Under the pieces are notes generated by a model. The model searched no databases, had not been told where the DNA came from, and was given only the letters and a program-made list of their open reading frames with translations. The position numbers and the translations under genes are program-made. DNA of 64,000 bases, taken from the NCBI GenBank assembly GCA_039630055.1, contig JBCNVN010000004.1, positions 1 through 64,000 of the forward strand, in the 5' to 3' direction. Position 1 is the stretch's first letter. Each line of letters starts with the position of its first letter. The stretch is from Candidatus Caldarchaeales archaeon (GTDB taxonomy: Archaea > Thermoproteota > Nitrososphaeria_A > Caldarchaeales > Wolframiiraptoraceae). This document shows positions 57,737-64,000 of this stretch, piece after piece.

Positions 57737-59923
57737 ATGCCTAGAATTAAAAAGATCTCAGAGGTGCTGGATATACTCCGTCAAAAAGACCGTATAAGGA
57801 ATATAGGGATTATCGCTCACGTCGACCATGGTAAGACGACTACAACCGATAGCCTATTGGCGGCAGCCGGACTCCTATCACCAGCACTAGCCGGTAAAGC
57901 CCTCGCTCTAGACTATCTTGAAGAGGAACAGCAGAGGCAGATGACGATTAAGGCCGCCAACATCTCTCTCTACTACGAGATGGATGGCAGCCCATACATA
58001 ATCAACATGATCGATACTCCAGGTCACGTAGATTTTAGCGGTAGAGTTACGAGAGCTCTTAGAGCTATAGATGGAGCTGTGGTTGTCGTGGATGCTGTGG
58101 AGGGGGTGATGACTCAGACTGAGACGGTGATAAGACAGGCTGTTCAAGAGAGGGTTAAACCCGTCCTTTACATAAACAAGATCGATAGATTGATCAAAGA
58201 ACTGAGATTGACACCTGAAAAGATACAGGAGACTTTAGCCAGAATCGTATTAGATGCTAATCGATTGATAGAGATGTATGCTGAGCCAGAGTATAGGGAG
58301 AAGTGGAAGGTTAGTTTTCAAGCTGGAAATGTAGCTATTGGAAGCGCAAAAGATAGATGGGGCTTCACTCTCCAGCAAGCTCAAAAGAAAGGTATAAAAT
58401 TCTCAGATGTTCTTAAAGCCTTCAGCAATAACGATCTAGACTGGCTTAGAGAGAATACGCCGCTCCATGAGGCTATACTTGAGATGGTTATCACACATCA
58501 TCCACCTCCACATATTGCTCAAAGGTATAGAATACCGAAGATATGGAGAGGAAATATAGAAGATGAGGTTGGAAAGGCGATGTTAAACTGCAGTGAAGAT
58601 GGTCCTACAGTAATGATCGTTACAGATGTTAAGGTAGATCCTCAAGCAGGGATTGTGGCCACGGGAAGATTGTTTAGCGGTACAGTAAATGAGGGGGACA
58701 ACCTTCTTATAGTCGGAAGGAATATAAAGAAGAGGATTCAGCAAGTTACGGTCTATATGGGTCCAAGTAGAGAGATAGTTGGATCTCTCCCAGCAGGCAA
58801 TATTCCAGCCCTGCTTGGAATAGAGGAGGCGAGAGCCGGGGATACTCTAGCGACCTATGATGTCGTTCCGTTCGAGTCTCTAAAGTACGTCTCTGAGCCT
58901 GTTGTAACAATATCTGTCGAGCCGAAACATAGTAGAGACCTACCCAAGCTAGTAGATTTCTTGAACAAACTTAGCATTGAGGATCCTACTCTCGTTACCA
59001 CAGTGAGACCTGAGACCGGTGAATACTTGATAAGCGGTATGGGAACTCTTCATCTAGAGATAGCTCTTACATGGATATCCAAGGCAGGATTGGATATCAT
59101 ATCAGGTAAGCCAATAATCCTCTATAGAGAAACCATACTTGAGAGGGGAAAGGTTTTCGAGGGCAAGTCACCTAATAGACATAATAAGATATACATACAG
59201 GTTGAGCCACTTGAAGAAGAGATTGTAGAATTGATTAGGAGAGGAGAATTGTTCGATGAGATGGATAAGAAGCAGATGGCGAAGATATTAAGAGACCATG
59301 GTTGGGATGCGGATATGGCTAGAGGTGTCTGGACTATTGATCCTAGGGGTAACATACTTGTAGACATGACCAAGGGAGCCCAATATCTACAAGAAAGTAA
59401 GATGATGATAATTGGTGGTTTCCAGAGAGTTGTGCAGGAGGGGCCTCTAGCTGGAGAGAATATGAGGGGAGTAAAAGCAATACTAACCCAGGTTGAACTT
59501 CATGAAGATCCAGTCCATAGAGGTTATGCACAGATAGCTCCAGCAACATGGAGAAGTATGTATGCGAGTATTCTAAGCGCAAATCCGATTCTATTAGAGC
59601 CTGTGCTGAAGATAGAGGCGAAGGTTCCTCCAGACCTCATGGGAGCAGTTACCAGCGTTGTTACTTCTAAGAGGGGTAAAATAATGGAGGTAGCTCAACA
59701 AGAATACATCACTGTGGTTACCGGAGAGATACCTGCTGCTGAAACATTCGACTTGAGCGAAGTGATGCGTGGAGCTACGGTAGGTAAAGCATTTTGGGCC
59801 ACAGAGTTCTATGCATGGAGACCAGTTCCAGCATCGATAAGAGATAAAGTAATAGAAGATATAAGGAGGAGGAAGGGTCTACCACCAAATATACCTAAGA
59901 TATCAGATTTCGTAGAAGAATAG
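57737..59923 (+). CDS. fusA: Translation elongation factor 2
   Basis: AHVDHGKTT, DTPGHVDF, NKID, GMGTLHLE, SPNRHN, HRG diphthamide loop. Confidence 0.97.
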   Translation: MPRIKKISEVLDILRQKDRIRNIGIIAHVDHGKTTTTDSLLAAAGLLSPALAGKALALDYLEEEQQRQMTIKAANISLYYEMDGSPYIINMIDTPGHVDFSGRVTRALRAIDGAVVVVDAVEGVMTQTETVIRQAVQERVKPVLYINKIDRLIKELRLTPEKIQETLARIVLDANRLIEMYAEPEYREKWKVSFQAGNVAIGSAKDRWGFTLQQAQKKGIKFSDVLKAFSNNDLDWLRENTPLHEAILEMVITHHPPPHIAQRYRIPKIWRGNIEDEVGKAMLNCSEDGPTVMIVTDVKVDPQAGIVATGRLFSGTVNEGDNLLIVGRNIKKRIQQVTVYMGPSREIVGSLPAGNIPALLGIEEARAGDTLATYDVVPFESLKYVSEPVVTISVEPKHSRDLPKLVDFLNKLSIEDPTLVTTVRPETGEYLISGMGTLHLEIALTWISKAGLDIISGKPIILYRETILERGKVFEGKSPNRHNKIYIQVEPLEEEIVELIRRGELFDEMDKKQMAKILRDHGWDADMARGVWTIDPRGNILVDMTKGAQYLQESKMMIIGGFQRVVQEGPLAGENMRGVKAILTQVELHEDPVHRGYAQIAPATWRSMYASILSANPILLEPVLKIEAKVPPDLMGAVTSVVTSKRGKIMEVAQQEYITVVTGEIPAAETFDLSEVMRGATVGKAFWATEFYAWRPVPASIRDKVIEDIRRRKGLPPNIPKISDFVEE

Positions 59924-60063
59924 ATTGTAGAGATTGATTCTTGAAGAAGAATGGAATATCTAGATTATACTGATTCTATAATCATTAATCTAATTCCCTT
60001 CATAAATCCCATACTAAAAAATCTTTATTGGTGTAAAGTACCATTATAGAATCGAGATGAAAT

Positions 60064-61209
60064 ATGGTAAAGATAGTTGTACTCGGCTATGGTAGAATAG
60101 GTTCTGCAATCGTTGATACTCTCACCTCTTCTAAGATTGTATCAGGTATCGGAGTCTGCGACTCCAATTATGACGTTATCAAAGATCTGTCTAAAGAGAA
60201 AATTGAAGTATTCCATATAGATGTCCATGACAAGAATATCTTGGTTAGGGTAATGAAAGAATATGATATTGCAGTATGTGCTCTACCAAGTTATCTAGGG
60301 TTTAAAGTCGAAGAGGCAGCGATAGAAGCTGGTGTAGATCTGGTTGATGTCTCTTATATGTCTGAAGACCCTTTCTCACTCGATGCTAGAGCTAGAGATG
60401 CTGGCATAACGATAGTCCCCGATTGTGGTGTGGCTCCAGGATTAAGCAATATGCTAATCGGCCTTGGTTTTCAAGAATTCGATAAAGTCGATTCTATTAA
60501 AATATTGGTCGGTAGCTTGCCTCAGAACCCTATACCACCATTAGAATATATTATAACGTGGTCATCTGAGGATTTACTTGAAGAATATACTAGACCTGTA
60601 AGAATTATAGAGAACGGTACTCTTAAGTATGTTAACCCTCTCACAGGTATCGAGTTGATCGATTTTGAGGGTCTAGGTGTCTTCGAAGCATTCTACACCG
60701 ATGGTTTAAGAACGTTATTAAAAACTCTAAATGGAAAGGTAGAATATATGTGTGAAAAAACATTGAGATATCCAGGACATGCAGAGAAGATTCTATTTCT
60801 TAAAGAAATAGGTATGCTCGATGAGGAGCCTTTAGATGTTGATGGTGTAAAGATGGTACCGAGAAAATTTTTGGCTAGATTGCTTGAAAAGAGACTTGGA
60901 GCCAGAGATCGTGACATGCTTCTATTGAGAGTAATGTTGAAAGGTGTTAAGAATAGTTCAACTTTTTCTAAGATATTTCAAGTTATCGATATGTATGATG
61001 TAGAGAAAAATGTTACTGCATTATCTAGAACGACAGCATACACTGCAACTGGCACCGCATTGCTCCTCGGAATGAAAATGGTTAAGGAGAAAGGTATTCT
61101 ACCACCAGAGATTATCGGTTTCAACAAGAGATATATGGAATATCTATTGAATTATCTAGAGGAAAGAAAGATATCTATAAAGGAGATGGAAAGTTTTGAA
61201 TATAAGTGA
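60064..61209 (+). CDS. Saccharopine dehydrogenase / lysine 6-dehydrogenase family oxidoreductase
   Basis: GYGRIG Rossmann motif, DCGVAPGLSN, EAFYTDGLRTL, KTLRYPGH. Confidence 0.85.
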   Translation: MVKIVVLGYGRIGSAIVDTLTSSKIVSGIGVCDSNYDVIKDLSKEKIEVFHIDVHDKNILVRVMKEYDIAVCALPSYLGFKVEEAAIEAGVDLVDVSYMSEDPFSLDARARDAGITIVPDCGVAPGLSNMLIGLGFQEFDKVDSIKILVGSLPQNPIPPLEYIITWSSEDLLEEYTRPVRIIENGTLKYVNPLTGIELIDFEGLGVFEAFYTDGLRTLLKTLNGKVEYMCEKTLRYPGHAEKILFLKEIGMLDEEPLDVDGVKMVPRKFLARLLEKRLGARDRDMLLLRVMLKGVKNSSTFSKIFQVIDMYDVEKNVTALSRTTAYTATGTALLLGMKMVKEKGILPPEIIGFNKRYMEYLLNYLEERKISIKEMESFEYK

Positions 61210-61369
61210 ATAAGAAAGTAATCTTTTGGAGTTGCATGGATAGAAAAATCATAAAAACTATGATAGAATTTTATTTAAGGATAGAGAATATATCGGGGCT
61301 GGAAGGGTTTTGTTAGATTATCCCAGTACAATAGAAACTTTTAATAACTATTAAGAATAATTGTAGTTT

Positions 61370-62281
61370 ATGCATAAGAGAATATGTACGGTTGACCCTG
61401 TTAGCGCTATTTCTAAAACAGTCGCAATACTAATCGTCATAATAATCATTCTTGGAGTAGTCGCTGCGGTAGAACCACTACTTATCCCTGCTAGAGAAGT
61501 GACTAGAACTATTACCTTCACTACTACAGTAGGGGATGTGAATTGGGAGAATATTCAAAAGAGGGGTACAATAATAATCGGTACTTCTCCTGATTGGCCT
61601 CCGTTCGAATTTCTAGACCCTAAGACAGGTAAGGTTATAGGTTATGAAGTAGAGTTGATGGAGATCATAGCACAGAGGCTTGGACTTAAAGTTGAGTGGA
61701 GGACTATGGACTTCGCCACAATCATAGTTGCAGTAAAGAATAGAGATATCGATCTTGGCGTGAGCGGTTTTTCAGTAACTCCCGAGAGATTAGAAGAGAT
61801 ACAATTTACATTGCATCATACTGTAACTGAGTCTCAATTGATAATGTTAACTAAGAGAGCTGAAGAATTAGGAATAAGGAAGCTTGAGAATATCGAGGAG
61901 ATAGCAAAGTATAAGCTAATCGTAGGTACAGGTTCTGGAACCACACAAGAAGCAGAGTTGATGGATTTAGTGAAGAGAGGCGTAATATCGATGGATCAAG
62001 CGAGATCTTATGATGATTTTGGTGTAGCTTTAGAAGATCTAAAACTTGGTAGGATAGATGCCGTATACGCTGAGACGCCTATAACTACTTGGTGGATAAT
62101 GACTGAAGAAACACCCCTAGTAGTGGTTTATAGCAGCCCATACTGGCCCGTAGCATTCGTCGCCCATAAAGACTCAGACGAGCTGGTATCGAAGATAAAC
62201 GGCGTCTTATCAGAATTGATCATGGAGGGCAAAGTTGCAGAACTATACAAAAAGTGGACTTCCCCAGAAGTATTGAAGTAA
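61370..62281 (+). CDS. Polar amino-acid ABC transporter substrate-binding protein
   Basis: N-terminal TM anchor, GTSPDWPPFE, TPER, GTTQE, GRIDAV. Confidence 0.88.
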   Translation: MHKRICTVDPVSAISKTVAILIVIIIILGVVAAVEPLLIPAREVTRTITFTTTVGDVNWENIQKRGTIIIGTSPDWPPFEFLDPKTGKVIGYEVELMEIIAQRLGLKVEWRTMDFATIIVAVKNRDIDLGVSGFSVTPERLEEIQFTLHHTVTESQLIMLTKRAEELGIRKLENIEEIAKYKLIVGTGSGTTQEAELMDLVKRGVISMDQARSYDDFGVALEDLKLGRIDAVYAETPITTWWIMTEETPLVVVYSSPYWPVAFVAHKDSDELVSKINGVLSELIMEGKVAELYKKWTSPEVLK

Positions 62282-62292
62282 AGAGATGGAAG

Positions 62293-62943
62293 ATGACTCC
62301 CGTTGAACAATTGCTCTTCCTGCTAAGCGCAGTCCCGGTAACCCTATCCATATCTATCCTATCTTTTCTATTAGGTCTAGGTCTTGGAATAATATTCTCA
62401 TTTATGAGGATCTACGGTTTAACGCCTCTAAAATATATCGCTGATGGATATGAGAAGATCTTTAGATCAGTACCCGTCCTCTCCATCATGTTCTTATTTT
62501 ACTTCGGTTTAGGCGGATACATCCCGCTCTTTAAAAATTCATATCTCACATCGATAATAGCATTAGGACTTGTGAGTGGTGCAAATCAATCACAGATATT
62601 TAGAAGCTCGATTGGAAGTGTAGGTAAAAGTCAGATGCTAGCTGCTAAATCTCTAGGACTATCTAATTTTAAAGCATTGAGATATGTTATCTTACCACAA
62701 GCGCTATTCTTAGCCGTTCCAGGTCTAGGAAGCGAGATAGCTTTACTAATAAAGGATTCTTCATACTCTTTCATAATCGGGGTGATAGAGTTGATGAAGA
62801 ATACAGATATTCTTAGAGCTGCTACAAGGTCTCTTGTCTTTCCATACGTTTCATCAGCATTAATATATGTGGCCTTAACATTCCCCTTTGCTACATATCT
62901 AGATAAGTGGGGGAGTAGAAAGAAAAGGGAGCTTGGATTATGA
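62293..62943 (+). CDS. Amino-acid ABC permease
   Basis: FRSVP, Q..AA.SLG, ILPQA, LIKDSS; start moved to Met14. Confidence 0.88.
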   Translation: MTPVEQLLFLLSAVPVTLSISILSFLLGLGLGIIFSFMRIYGLTPLKYIADGYEKIFRSVPVLSIMFLFYFGLGGYIPLFKNSYLTSIIALGLVSGANQSQIFRSSIGSVGKSQMLAAKSLGLSNFKALRYVILPQALFLAVPGLGSEIALLIKDSSYSFIIGVIELMKNTDILRAATRSLVFPYVSSALIYVALTFPFATYLDKWGSRKKRELGL

Positions 62944-63671
62944 ACATACTTGAATGTCGAAATCTGACTAAGGTTTATGGAAAGGTGACGGCGGTCAAGA
63001 ATGTTTCATTAGGTATAGGTAAAGGTGAGATCAAGGTAATCTTTGGTCCAAGCGGTTCTGGGAAATCTACACTTCTCAGATGCCTAGGACTTTTGGAGAG
63101 ACCTACTAGTGGAAGAATCTATTTTAAAAACATAGACGTCTATTCATCTAAGCAAGACCTCAATAAGCTTAGAGCAAAGATAGGTTTTGTTTTTCAAGAA
63201 CCCTCACTATTCAGACACTTGACAGCATTGAAGAATGTATCTCTGGGACTGAGACATGTCCTCGGATATTCTCAAGAAGAAGCAGAAAGTAAAGCTATGG
63301 ATGCTTTAAGATTGGTCAAGATGGAAGAATGGGCAAGATATTATCCAGCTCAACTCTCCGGGGGGCAGCAGCAAAGAGTTGGCATTGCCAGGGCGATATC
63401 TATGGATCCAGAAATTATATTATTCGATGAGCCGACGGCAGCACTCGATGTTGAGCTTAAATGGGAAGTTATCTCAGTTATGAAAGATTTAGCAGATAGG
63501 GGGATAACTATGCTTATCGCAACTCATGAATTAAGATTTGCAAAAGAGGTTGCGGACGAGATGATATTCATGGATCAAGGTGAGATAGTTGAGATTGGGG
63601 ATACGGAGCATTTCTTTACATCACCCTCGACAGAAAGAGCTAGAAAATTCATGGCTAAACTTCTAGGTTAG
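62940..63671 (+). CDS. Amino-acid ABC ATPase (GlnQ-like)
   Basis: GPSGSGKST, LSGGQQQRV, FDEPT, THE. Confidence 0.92.
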   Translation: MNILECRNLTKVYGKVTAVKNVSLGIGKGEIKVIFGPSGSGKSTLLRCLGLLERPTSGRIYFKNIDVYSSKQDLNKLRAKIGFVFQEPSLFRHLTALKNVSLGLRHVLGYSQEEAESKAMDALRLVKMEEWARYYPAQLSGGQQQRVGIARAISMDPEIILFDEPTAALDVELKWEVISVMKDLADRGITMLIATHELRFAKEVADEMIFMDQGEIVEIGDTEHFFTSPSTERARKFMAKLLG

Positions 63672-63680
63672 TAGATTGAG

Positions 63681-64000
63681 ATGTTATTCTTACTCGATTA
63701 TTCAGATTTCCTAATAAACGGCTTTATCACGACACTCCAGGTTACATTGATAGGTGTAGGGTTGGGAATGGTGTTAGGGATAGTCGCATCTTTAGGAGAT
63801 ATATATGGGGGAAGGATAGTAAAGATTATTGTAAACGTGTATGTTGAGTTCTTCCGGGGATCGCCATTAATAGCTCAACTCTTTTTAATCTATTTCACTC
63901 TGCCAGTTTTAACTGGATTAAAACTAGACGTTACCACTGCTGGATACTTAACATTAGCTTTGAATAGTGGAGCTTATCAGAAAGGCTATCTCAAAGGTGC
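63681..64000 (+). CDS. Second amino-acid ABC permease, truncated at the window end
   Basis: MLFLLDYSDFLINGFITTLQVT..YVEFFRGSPLIAQLF..LNSGAYQ, open to the edge. Confidence 0.85.
   Translation, partial: MLFLLDYSDFLINGFITTLQVTLIGVGLGMVLGIVASLGDIYGGRIVKIIVNVYVEFFRGSPLIAQLFLIYFTLPVLTGLKLDVTTAGYLTLALNSGAYQKGYLKG

Overview
Gene-dense, AT-rich archaeal chromosome segment. PolB1-type polymerase, the Gins23-MCM pair, crenactin with arcadin-2 and an intron-containing tRNA-Gly point to a TACK archaeon, probably Aigarchaeota-like (inference). The window has four parts. (1) A replication cluster (polB, dual-specificity phosphatase, hel308, intein-containing mcm, gins23, tRNA-Gly), followed by a PadR-DrrAB exporter. 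(2) A ~27 kb catabolic island (15983-43241): nucleoside-type ABC importer with BMP binding protein, cyclase-family hydrolase, CoxG, two paralogous xanthine-dehydrogenase-family LMS operons facing each other, a split FdrA/YlbE/YlbF module with an embedded ubiquitin-like protein, PrpB/PrpD, a Na+-translocating biotin-dependent acyl-CoA decarboxylase with BirA/BioY, and a GNAT-like protein. (3) cdc6, rfcL, intein-containing rfcS, tatD and housekeeping genes. (4) A crenactin operon, EF-2 and an amino-acid ABC transporter. The best candidate for an undescribed system is the island, which can be read as an oxidative nucleobase (possibly thymine/uracil) degradation route feeding a Na+-pumping methylmalonyl-CoA decarboxylase and methylcitrate enzymes. 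Its core is bracketed by a perfect 151-bp inverted repeat. Family assignments come from motif recognition only; no database search was run.
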